This document shows positions 17,125 through 25,623 of a stretch of 64,000 bases of DNA, in pieces. Numbering within the stretch: position 1 is the first letter of the stretch; the number at the start of each line of letters is the position of its first letter. The notes under the pieces were generated by a model that did not search any database, was not told where the DNA came from, and saw only the letters and a program-made list of their open reading frames with translations. The position numbers and the translations under genes are program-made. This stretch comes from Candidatus Marinacidobacterium sp. (GTDB lineage Bacteria; Acidobacteriota; Vicinamibacteria; Marinacidobacterales; Marinacidobacteraceae), in contig OZ242011.1 in the NCBI GenBank assembly GCA_965204755.1, positions 2,304,001 through 2,368,000 on the forward strand, written 5' to 3'.

Positions 17125-20106
17125 CTACTCACCCTGCTCGATGGCGATCTCGATCCGCCGCGCGGCGGTGAGGTTCGACCGGTCGACGGCGAACTCCGCA
17201 TCCGGCTCCCCCAGCGCGTCCGCCAGCATTCCGCACCGGCGCTGCAGCGCGTTGACGCGACCGGCGTGCATCCCCGGCGCTTTCGCGCGGCTGGCGTACT
17301 CCGACGCCGCGCCCAGCAGCGCGAACGCCGTGTCGCCGTGCGTGTCGCGATACCGGTCGGCCAGTCGCCGGAGATGCTGACCGACGCGCCGCCAGTACCG
17401 CGCGGAATGCGATCGCGCCCTTCGCCGGCGTTCGCTTCGGGAACCGGCGGTCAGGCGATCGAGCGCGCTCGGCGGGTCGAGGTCGAGGGCGCGCGCCAGA
17501 CCCGCCAGGAACTCCGGCGCGGGCACCGTCACTTCCGCCAGCCGCTCCAGGCGCTCCCGCATCCCCCGGGGGTCGAAGCGGCTCAGGCCGTAGGTCGTCA
17601 GCGGCTCCCGCTCCAGGTCCTCGATCCAGGCGTCGAGCGGGCGCCGATGGGGGTCGGTGTAGGTGACGCCGTCTTCGCCGATCATCCCGTTGGCGCAGAT
17701 CAGCCGGTGGACGCCGATCGTGAACCGCAGTTGCTGCGTCTTGTTGTAACTGTTGCTGACGCGCAGGAAGGGCGTCCAGGCATCGTCGTTCCAGAGCGCG
17801 AAGTTCAACGACTCCGCGGCGAGGTCGGCGTGCATGAAGGTCCGCTTCCGCGGCATCGTCAGGTTGATGGGACGCAGTTCCCGCGCGGCGGCCTCGCCGA
17901 ACGCCAGCGAGAAGACCCGCCGCCCGGCCTCGATCGCCTCTTCGTTCTTGATGAGCCGGTAGCCCCCCGATACCCGCGCCAGGTCGCCGCCGCCGCCGTT
18001 GGTGACGGCGGCGGGCGGCAAGGCCTCGGCCGGCGCATGGAGGCGCTGACGCGCGAAGTCCCCGCCCCCGAGGTCGGGGGAGCGTCGCCGCCGCCGGGCC
18101 CGGTAGCCGCCGGACACGATTCCCAGCACCCGTCCGCGTTCGCGGTCCTCCACGATGGCCCGATGGGTGGGGACCGGTCGGTCGTCGGGGAGCCGGAGCG
18201 GCACATCGCGCACCGGGAAGAACGCGTCGAGCCGCAGTCGCTCTTCGGGCGACCGCGCTTCGCCGAACGGCTCGCCGAGGCCTCCGGCGAACAACACCGC
18301 GGGAGGGGGCGCCGCGCTCGGGTCCGTCTCGACCGGCTGCAGCGCCGGCCACGGGCCGAACGCGCTCCGAGTGTCCCCGGCCTCCGCCGACGGGGCTACG
18401 CCGGCGGGGCCGCCGGCGCGGCGCGCGGGCTCCGAAGCCGAGAACACGCTCCGCCCGAAGGTGTCGGTACGCGGAGGGGCCAGCGCGCCCCGCCGCTGCT
18501 CGCTCAACCCGCGCGACCGCGCGTCCTCTTCTTCGCCCAGAAGGAGCAGGTCGGTCCACGGCGACACGATGCCTTCCGCCCGCGCCAGCCGCGCCGCGGC
18601 GTCGAGGGGCATCCGCGCCAGGGCCAGGCCGGCCGCGAGAGGCGCCACGCCGGGGAACACCGCGCCCGTCGCGACCTCCGGGCCGCCCGCTTCCGCCGAC
18701 CAGGAGGCGGTGATCCGGGCGCCGCCCCGCACGGCCTCGATGACCTCCCCCGACGGGACGACTCCGGCGTCGTCGGTGGACACCCGCTCGCCGGGGATTC
18801 GGGCGCCGCGAAGACCGGCGACCGCCGCCGCGAGAGCGGCGACGATGTCCGTCCCGCCGGTGATGAAGAAGTCTCCGCCGGACTCCACCGCCAGCCGCGC
18901 GAGCGAGCCGTCGAGACTGTCCTCCCCCACCAGCACCACGAAGAGCCGGCGCCCGGCGCGGAGGAACCGCTCGGTGTCCAGGCCGCGGCTCTTGCCGTCG
19001 GTGACCACGAGGAGGTCCGGGGCCTCGGTGCGCGAAGCGACCGTCTCGAGGACGCGGCTGATCTCGTCGCTGCCGTGGGGCGGGGACAGGCGCTCGACCG
19101 CCCGCCGGAAGGCCCTCTCTCCCCGGTCCCCTTCTTCCGCGTCCGGAGAGATCCGGTGGGCGCGGCTGTCGAACTCCCACAACTCCAGCCCGTCGCCGCC
19201 TCCGAGATCGTCCGCGAGGTCCCGGAGCGCCTCCGTCAACGCCCTCCACTTGGTGAGCGCCGCGTTCCCGGTGCACGGATCGTCCATGGATCGGGAGCGA
19301 TCCACCAGGACGGCCGCTCTCGCCGTTCCGTCCCCGGTCGCGGGTTCGATGCGCATCGTCACCATCCGGCCGTCGGCGGCTTCGCCGACGAGCGCGCCGA
19401 CCGCCCCGTCCGCGACCTCGATGTCCACCGGCGCGTCGGTGGGCGCCTGCAGGTCGAACGAGCCGGCTCCCGCCGCGCCGCCCGGCCCGACGGGGGTCGC
19501 CTCCCCGTTCACCCGCACCCGACCTCCGTCGCAGACCACCCGGAGCCGGGCGGTTCCCGGAACGCCGTCCGTCCGCGGCCCGCTGGCGTCGTCCGGGCCG
19601 ATCGGGCCCAGCCCCCGGCCGATCGTCATCGGTATGCGCAGACGCCCGATCGCTCCCTGCTGCTGCAGCGGCGTCGTCCAGGTCCCGGAGATTTCGACCT
19701 CCGCTCCCGCCGGCACGGACGACACGGCCACCAAGTGGATTCCCGGCAGCAACTCTTCGTGCCGCACCGCGAGGAACCCGCCCTCCAACGCCTCTTCGTA
19801 AGCGCTCTCCGCCTCTCCCTTCGGGAGGGCCGACGCCCGGACTTCTTGGCCGGCGACCTCCGTCCGCAGCCGGAACAGCACCGCGGCCGAGGGAACCGGG
19901 AATGTCAGCAGCGCTTCGATGGGTTGTTCTTCGTCGTTCCGGAAAGTCCGGGTCGTGGTCACCGTCGCCAGTCCCCGCCGGATTTCCACTTCGAGGGCCG
20001 TGCGGGCGAGCGGGTCGAGGTCGGCGCCGTTCTCGGTCTCCCGCTCGGCGAGCAGAGCGGCCAAGGGGTCCACCAGGCGAGGCGGACTGTCGGAGTTCAG
20101 GGTCAT
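17125..20106 (-). CDS. VIT + vWA (MIDAS) protein fused to a C-terminal DUF932-like domain
   Basis: VIT (ATVTTTRTFRNDEEQPIEALLTFPVP..AYEEALEGG), vWA (VLVDRSRSM, VVTDG), and C-terminal GRVLGIVSGGY..LIKNEEA..VSNSYNKT..VHRLICANGMI typical of DUF932. Confidence 0.8.
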   Translation of the reverse strand: MTLNSDSPPRLVDPLAALLAERETENGADLDPLARTALEVEIRRGLATVTTTRTFRNDEEQPIEALLTFPVPSAAVLFRLRTEVAGQEVRASALPKGEAESAYEEALEGGFLAVRHEELLPGIHLVAVSSVPAGAEVEISGTWTTPLQQQGAIGRLRIPMTIGRGLGPIGPDDASGPRTDGVPGTARLRVVCDGGRVRVNGEATPVGPGGAAGAGSFDLQAPTDAPVDIEVADGAVGALVGEAADGRMVTMRIEPATGDGTARAAVLVDRSRSMDDPCTGNAALTKWRALTEALRDLADDLGGGDGLELWEFDSRAHRISPDAEEGDRGERAFRRAVERLSPPHGSDEISRVLETVASRTEAPDLLVVTDGKSRGLDTERFLRAGRRLFVVLVGEDSLDGSLARLAVESGGDFFITGGTDIVAALAAAVAGLRGARIPGERVSTDDAGVVPSGEVIEAVRGGARITASWSAEAGGPEVATGAVFPGVAPLAAGLALARMPLDAAARLARAEGIVSPWTDLLLLGEEEDARSRGLSEQRRGALAPPRTDTFGRSVFSASEPARRAGGPAGVAPSAEAGDTRSAFGPWPALQPVETDPSAAPPPAVLFAGGLGEPFGEARSPEERLRLDAFFPVRDVPLRLPDDRPVPTHRAIVEDRERGRVLGIVSGGYRARRRRRSPDLGGGDFARQRLHAPAEALPPAAVTNGGGGDLARVSGGYRLIKNEEAIEAGRRVFSLAFGEAAARELRPINLTMPRKRTFMHADLAAESLNFALWNDDAWTPFLRVSNSYNKTQQLRFTIGVHRLICANGMIGEDGVTYTDPHRRPLDAWIEDLEREPLTTYGLSRFDPRGMRERLERLAEVTVPAPEFLAGLARALDLDPPSALDRLTAGSRSERRRRARSHSARYWRRVGQHLRRLADRYRDTHGDTAFALLGAASEYASRAKAPGMHAGRVNALQRRCGMLADALGEPDAEFAVDRSNLTAARRIEIAIEQGE

Positions 20107-20534
20107 GGGCTATCTCCTTCGGAGTCGGGGGCGGCGGGGGCGGCGGGGGCCGCGGTTTCGGTCGGGGAAGGCGCCGCGGACGGCGCCAACGCCTCGGTGA
20201 GGACTTCGCGCACCTTCTCCACCAGCGGCTCCACCGGCTCGCCGGAGGCCAGTCGTTCAGGGGCGATGACGAGGCTGATCCCATCCACGATCGGGCGCGG
20301 AAAGCCGGACTTCGCCTTCCGCAGTTGACGGATGGCGGGCAGGGAGAAGTCCATTTCCCGGAGCCTCCGGTATTCCCGGAGCGCTTTCAGGTGTTCCTCG
20401 CCGTACTCGGCGAACTTGCGACCGCCGCCCGGCTTCGGACACACCTTGCTGGAGATGAGGAACCGCACATGCCGCGGGGTGAACCGGAGGCCGGATTCCT
20501 CCTGCAGGCGGGCGACGAGTTCAGCGAGAGTCAT
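20103..20534 (-). CDS. MerR-like helix-turn-helix regulator
   Basis: TPRHVRFLISSKVCPKPGGGRKFAEYGEEHLKALREYRRLREMDFSLPAIR; ATGA-coupled to the VIT gene. Confidence 0.8.
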   Translation of the reverse strand: MTLAELVARLQEESGLRFTPRHVRFLISSKVCPKPGGGRKFAEYGEEHLKALREYRRLREMDFSLPAIRQLRKAKSGFPRPIVDGISLVIAPERLASGEPVEPLVEKVREVLTEALAPSAAPSPTETAAPAAPAAPDSEGDSP

Positions 20535-20540
20535 CTTTAC

Positions 20541-20574
20541 GACACAGGCTACTGTCGGAAAAAGGCTCTGTCAA
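20541..20574 (-). promoter_or_regulatory. Sigma70-type promoter of the minus-strand operon, overlapped by a GACA-N8-TGTC palindrome
   Basis: Minus strand reads TTGACA (20574-20569), 17 bp, TAGCCT (20551-20546), 11 nt, ATG. Palindrome at 20541-20556. Confidence 0.75.
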
Positions 20575-20606
20575 GTGCGCGGCCGAAACCGGCCCCCGCA
20601 GCCCCA

Positions 20607-20628
20607 CGCCGTGAGATACTGAAATCCG
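20607..20628 (+). promoter_or_regulatory. 22-bp motif shared with 8785-8806; upstream of the DUF499 gene
   Basis: 21/22 identity; contains TG-A-GATACT (extended -10-like). Confidence 0.5.
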
Positions 20629-20706
20629 CCCCGCCCCCCCGCGCCCCAACCGGCCCCGACCCCCGAGAACCCCGAGCGGGGCCGTCCCCGACCGAGTGAG
20701 CGACCC

Positions 20707-23700
20707 GTGAAAACCCCGACCGTCTTCGACCTCTGCCAGCCCCGGAAGGAGGTCCTGGAGGGTCGAGTCTCCGACGACCAGTTCGCCGCCGACCTCGCCG
20801 CCGTCCTCGACGAGACGAAGGCCGCCCCGGCGAACTACCGGGACCCGGCGCGGTTCTTCGAGAACACCTACCCCACCCGCGGCCTCAGGAGCCTCCTCGA
20901 GAGCGTCTGCGGCCGCCTGAGCGGCGCCGCCGGCGACGCCCCGCCGATCTTCCGCCTCGACACCTCCTACGGCGGCGGCAAGACCCACGGGCTGATCGCC
21001 CTGGCCCACGCCGCCGGCGCCCCCTCCGAAGTCCCCGGGGACTTCCTGCCCCCGGCCCTTCGCCCGAAGAAGACGGTGCGGGTGGCGGCGTTCGACGGCG
21101 AAAACGCCGACCCGGCGAACGGGAGGGCGCTCGGCGGCTTCCGCCCGAAGACCCCGTGGGGCGAGATCGCCGTCCAACTCGCCGGCCGGCCGGGGTTCGA
21201 TCGGGTGCAGAAGGGCGACGAAGAGGGGATCGCGCCCGGCGCCGACACGATCGCCGCCCTCTTCGGCGGCGAACCTGCGCTGATCCTGCTCGACGAGTTG
21301 GCGGTGTACCTGCGGAAGGTGAAGGGCCGCCCCGGCGCCGCCGGCCAACTCACCGCCTTCCTCACCAGCCTCTTCAAGGCCGTCGAGACCGCGCCCGAAG
21401 CGGCGCTGGTGTTCACGCTGGCCATCGGCAAGCACGGCCCGATCGACGCCTACGCCGACGAGCACCGCGCCCTCGCCGACGACCTCTCCGAGTTGCGGAG
21501 CGTCTCCGCCCGGAAGGCGACCCTCCTGAACCCCACCGAGGAGGACGAGACCGCCCCGGTGCTCCGCCGCCGCCTCTTCGAGCGGATCGACGAGTCCGGG
21601 GCCGGGGAGGTCGTCGCCGCCTACCGGAGGGTCTGGAAGCAGCACGCCGGCGAGAACGAACTCTCCCCGGTGGCCCGAGCACCGGAGACCGTCGAACACT
21701 TCCGCGCCGCCTACCCCTTCCACCCGGAACTGCTGGACACGCTCACCCGCAAGACCTCGACGCTCGCCGACTTCCAGCGCGTCCGGGGGATGCTGCGGCT
21801 CCTCACCCGGACGATCGCCCACCTCTGGAGCGAGCGCCCGGCCGACGCCGCGGCGATCCACCTCCACCATGTCCCCGTCGGCAGCCCGGCGAACCGCCGG
21901 GAGTTGCTCGCCCGGCTCGGGCAGAAGACCTTCGAGTCCGCCCTCGACAACGATGTGGAGGGGTCCAAAGGCCCCTCGCTCGCGCAGCGGCTCGACGCCG
22001 ACCACCACTCCGGCCGCCCGCCCTACGCGCTCTACGCCGCGCGGGCGGCCTTCCTCCACTCCTTCGCCTTCAACGAGGGCCTGAAGGGCTGCTCGCCCCG
22101 CCGCCTCCGCTACTCCATGGTCGGCCCGGCCACCGACTTCGCCTTCATCGAGGAGGCCCGGAAACTGTTCCAGGAACAGTCCGCCTACCTCGACGACCGC
22201 CCCGGCGCCCCGCTCCGGTTCCACGCGGAAGCCAACCTCAACAAGATCCTGAGCAACCACGAAGCGATAGTGGACGCCGAAGAAGTCCGCGCCGAACTGC
22301 GCGACCGCATCCAGCGGATCTTCGGCGGCAAGAACCGCGACCTCGAGCCGGTCTTCTTCCCCGGCGGCCCCTCCGATGTCCCCGACGACCCGAGCGACCG
22401 CCCCCGGCTGGTCGTGATCTCCCCGGACGCCGTCGACATCCGCGGCGACGACGACGCGGCCCCGGAAGCCATCCTCCGGATCCACCAGCGCAAGGGCGGC
22501 GAGGAGAAGTCACTCCGCCGCCGCCGGAACCACTTGGTCTTCCTCGCCCCCGACTCCGGGCGGAAGGAGAAGATGCGGCAGCGGGCCGCGCGTCTCCTCG
22601 CGCTGCGGTCGCTGAAGAAGCCGGAGCACCTCGACGACCTGGCCGACCACCAGCAGGCCAAGGTCAAGGAGTGGGCGCAAGGCGCCGAACAGGAAGTCGC
22701 CCTCGCGGTCCACCAGTGCTACCGCCGACTCTTCTACCCGTCCACCGGCCTCCAGCCGGGCCGGGGCGACCTGGCCCACGCCGTCCTCGACGACCCGGCG
22801 CACTCGGAGAAACCGGGCGACGGCCAGCGCGCCGTCGTCCGCCACCTCCGCGAGGACGCCGAGAAACTCCGCCTCCCGGAAGATCAGCCGGACGCGCCGG
22901 ACTATGTGCGCGACAAGACCCCGCTGAAGACGAAGGGCGAGATGACCACCGCCGACCTGCGGGACGAGTTCCGCTGCGTCCCGGCCCTCCCGATGCTGAT
23001 CGGCGACCAGGTGTTCTGCCGGGGCGTCGTCCTGGGCGTTGAGCAGGGCCGGTTCGCGTACCGCAGCGGCGACCTCCTGTTCGGCCCGGGCGACCCGGAG
23101 ACCGTGATCACCGTGGACGACGAGTCGCGGGTCGCGACCATCCAGTACGCGAAGAACCGGGGGTTCTGGCCGCGAAAGCCCCCTCCGCCGCCGGAGCCGG
23201 AGCCGACACCACTGGGGCCGGCGCCGACACCGCCGAGGCCGGCGCCGACACCGCCGGGACCGACGCCGACACCGCCGGGGCCGGTCCCTCCGGGTCCGAC
23301 GCCGCCGACGCCGCAACCGACCCCGACGGAATTCCTGGCCGAAGCGCCCATGCGCGAAGCGCTGACGCGGCTGGCCGAGTGGGCGGGGACGAACGCCCCG
23401 AACGGCCTCGCCTCCATCAGCATCCGACCCCAGGAGCCCACCGACGGCTTCCGGCTCATCCGCGGCGCCAACAACCCGACCGTCCCCGGGGACAAGACCG
23501 CGAAGATGGAGGGCAACTACGAAACCGCCGGCGGCGGCGCCTACTGCCTCCAGGAGTTCGCCGGCCCGCTCGCCGACGCCGGGCCGGTGGCGGACTTCCT
23601 CGACCAGCAGTTCCGCGACGCGGCCTCGTCCGACCTCACCGCCACCGTGACCCTGGCCTTCCCCGAAGGGGCGCCGGCCGGCGCGGCCTGGGACAAACTC

Positions 23701-23763
23701 ACGAGCCAACTCACCCGCTTCGTGGGCGGCCAGGCGGTGGTGAAGGCCGCCCCGAGAAAGTGA
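20707..23763 (+). CDS. DUF499 AAA+ ATPase of a restriction-like (DUF499/DUF1156/SNF2) defence system
   Basis: FAADL, FFENTYPTRGL, Walker A TSYGGGKTH, Walker B LILLDEL, YPFHPEL, FQRVRGMLRLL; Pro-rich linker near the C-terminus. Confidence 0.88.
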   Translation: MKTPTVFDLCQPRKEVLEGRVSDDQFAADLAAVLDETKAAPANYRDPARFFENTYPTRGLRSLLESVCGRLSGAAGDAPPIFRLDTSYGGGKTHGLIALAHAAGAPSEVPGDFLPPALRPKKTVRVAAFDGENADPANGRALGGFRPKTPWGEIAVQLAGRPGFDRVQKGDEEGIAPGADTIAALFGGEPALILLDELAVYLRKVKGRPGAAGQLTAFLTSLFKAVETAPEAALVFTLAIGKHGPIDAYADEHRALADDLSELRSVSARKATLLNPTEEDETAPVLRRRLFERIDESGAGEVVAAYRRVWKQHAGENELSPVARAPETVEHFRAAYPFHPELLDTLTRKTSTLADFQRVRGMLRLLTRTIAHLWSERPADAAAIHLHHVPVGSPANRRELLARLGQKTFESALDNDVEGSKGPSLAQRLDADHHSGRPPYALYAARAAFLHSFAFNEGLKGCSPRRLRYSMVGPATDFAFIEEARKLFQEQSAYLDDRPGAPLRFHAEANLNKILSNHEAIVDAEEVRAELRDRIQRIFGGKNRDLEPVFFPGGPSDVPDDPSDRPRLVVISPDAVDIRGDDDAAPEAILRIHQRKGGEEKSLRRRRNHLVFLAPDSGRKEKMRQRAARLLALRSLKKPEHLDDLADHQQAKVKEWAQGAEQEVALAVHQCYRRLFYPSTGLQPGRGDLAHAVLDDPAHSEKPGDGQRAVVRHLREDAEKLRLPEDQPDAPDYVRDKTPLKTKGEMTTADLRDEFRCVPALPMLIGDQVFCRGVVLGVEQGRFAYRSGDLLFGPGDPETVITVDDESRVATIQYAKNRGFWPRKPPPPPEPEPTPLGPAPTPPRPAPTPPGPTPTPPGPVPPGPTPPTPQPTPTEFLAEAPMREALTRLAEWAGTNAPNGLASISIRPQEPTDGFRLIRGANNPTVPGDKTAKMEGNYETAGGGAYCLQEFAGPLADAGPVADFLDQQFRDAASSDLTATVTLAFPEGAPAGAAWDKLTSQLTRFVGGQAVVKAAPRK

Positions 23764-23846
23764 CGCCCGCCTCCGCCCGGAGCACCGCCCCGGCCCCCGC
23801 CGAACGGCGCCGCCCCTCCGACCCCTCCGCCGCCGGGAACCCCTGA

Positions 23847-24338
23847 ATGCCCGCGCAGGTCGTCCGCTTCGCCCTCCCGGAGACCGCCCCGCTGCGGCCC
23901 CGCTACGAACTCCGCGTCCGCCGCCGGGGCCCGGTGGACGCCGAGTACCAAGTCTGGCGGCTCCCCTCCCCGGCGACCCCCGGCCTCCGCGCGCCGGAGC
24001 GCGTCGCCGGACTCCACGGGCGGAACCTCGAGTTCGTCGAGCACCGGGTGCGGAAGCGGCTCGCGACCGCCGGCATCCGCGCCGGCGCCCGCGGCGAGCA
24101 CGGCCACGAGTTGGACGAAGACCTGGCCCTCGGCCTCGGCCTCCTGTTCCGCGCCCTCGCCCCGATGCGCAGCCGGGAACGGATGCGGGCGGTCGCGGAG
24201 GGCATCGAAGCCATGGAGCGCGAAGAAGCCGCCTACTGGTTGGGCATGGCGATGCACCGCAAGCACCCCCGCCGGGTGCTCACCGCGCTCCGCTGCCTGC
24301 TCACCGACCCCCGCGCCCCGACGCGCCCCGGCGCGTAA
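23847..24338 (+). CDS. Small accessory protein of the DUF499 system (positional/functional analogue of DUF3780)
   Basis: LDEDLALGLGLLFRALAP and MEREEAAYW; occupies the slot between the DUF499 and methylase genes. Confidence 0.65.
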   Translation: MPAQVVRFALPETAPLRPRYELRVRRRGPVDAEYQVWRLPSPATPGLRAPERVAGLHGRNLEFVEHRVRKRLATAGIRAGARGEHGHELDEDLALGLGLLFRALAPMRSRERMRAVAEGIEAMEREEAAYWLGMAMHRKHPRRVLTALRCLLTDPRAPTRPGA

Positions 24339-24348
24339 GACTTCCGCC

Positions 24349-25623
24349 ATGCGGCTGAAGCGGGCGGTCATCGAGAACTACCGGGCGATCTCCCGGCTGG
24401 AACTCGACTTCCACCCGCAGATGAATGTCTTCTTCGGCGGCAACGCGGAAGGCAAGACCAGCGTCCTGAGCGCGATCGCGACCGGCTTCGGCGCGATCCA
24501 GCGACTCCTCCCCGCCATCACCTCGGTGAACTTCCTCGAGCGGGACCGGCGCGGAACGGAACCGATCCGGGTGGAACTCGAAGCCTGCGACGGCGCGAAG
24601 TGGGAGCGAACGCTCGGCGGGCCCAGGCGGGCCGGCCGGCTGGACGACCTGCGAAAGCGCCTCGAACCCCTGCTGACCGCCGAAGAGGACAAGAAACCGT
24701 CGAAGGATCTCCCCCTCGCGGTCTTCTACGACACCGACCGCGTCGTCCCGGAGCGCCCCCAGCGCCTCGTGAAACCCCGGGACTTCCCCCGGTTCGAAGC
24801 GCTCGAAGGGGCGCTGTCCCCTCGCCCGAATTTCCGCACTTTCTTCGAATGGTTCGCCGGGAGGGAACACGAGGAGGGCAACGAGCAGAAACGCCGCCGC
24901 AGTTTCGACTTCCACCTCCCGGCGCTCCGGGCGGTCCGCCGGGCGGTCGAGGCCTTGGTCCCCGGCGTGTGCGACCCAACGGTGATGTTCCACCCGGTCC
25001 GGTTCACGGTCTCCGCGGCCTTCGACGGCGACGGAACCGCCGAGTTGGAGATCGACCAGTTGAGCGGGGGCAACCGGGTGCTGCTGGCGGTGGTCGCCGA
25101 CCTGGCCCGCCGCATGGCCCAGGCGAACCCCCACCTCGACGACCCGCTGTTGTCGGAAGCGGTCGTTCTCATAGACGAAGTGGATCTGCACCTCCATCCG
25201 TCGTGGCAGCAGCGCATCCTCCCCGACCTGATGCAGACCTTCCCGAACGCGCAGTTCCTGGTTTCCACCCACAGCCCGCAGGTGCTGACCACGGTGGAGG
25301 CCGGATGCGTCACGCACCTGGCGCGCGAGGACGGCCGGATCGGCGCCTTCGGCGTGCCGATCACCACCTACGGCGCCAAGGCGTCGGACGCGCTGGAGAC
25401 CCTCATGGGCGTGGAGGAGCGGCCGGCCGGGAACGAATTCGTCCGGATGCTCAAGGAGTATTGGGCCCTGGTCGTGGCCGGGCGCGGCGAGACGGCGGAA
25501 GGTCGGGAACTCCGCGGCCGTCTCGAAGCGATTTCGCCCCACGATTCGGACCTCGACGCTGCGACCTCGGAGATGCACCGCCAGCGCGTTTTGACACGGC
25601 TCGGGAGGGAGGTGTCCCCGTGA
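24349..25623 (+). CDS. ptuA: Septu/retron PtuA-like ABC ATPase (copy 1)
   Basis: GGNAEGKTS, QLSGG..DLARRMAQANP, VLIDEVDLHLHPSWQQ and STHSPQV. Confidence 0.82.
   Translation: MRLKRAVIENYRAISRLELDFHPQMNVFFGGNAEGKTSVLSAIATGFGAIQRLLPAITSVNFLERDRRGTEPIRVELEACDGAKWERTLGGPRRAGRLDDLRKRLEPLLTAEEDKKPSKDLPLAVFYDTDRVVPERPQRLVKPRDFPRFEALEGALSPRPNFRTFFEWFAGREHEEGNEQKRRRSFDFHLPALRAVRRAVEALVPGVCDPTVMFHPVRFTVSAAFDGDGTAELEIDQLSGGNRVLLAVVADLARRMAQANPHLDDPLLSEAVVLIDEVDLHLHPSWQQRILPDLMQTFPNAQFLVSTHSPQVLTTVEAGCVTHLAREDGRIGAFGVPITTYGAKASDALETLMGVEERPAGNEFVRMLKEYWALVVAGRGETAEGRELRGRLEAISPHDSDLDAATSEMHRQRVLTRLGREVSP

Noticed and set aside
23178-23328. Repetitive CCG-rich tract as a possible non-coding repeat element
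   Set aside because: It is the in-frame Pro/Thr-rich linker of the DUF499 protein.
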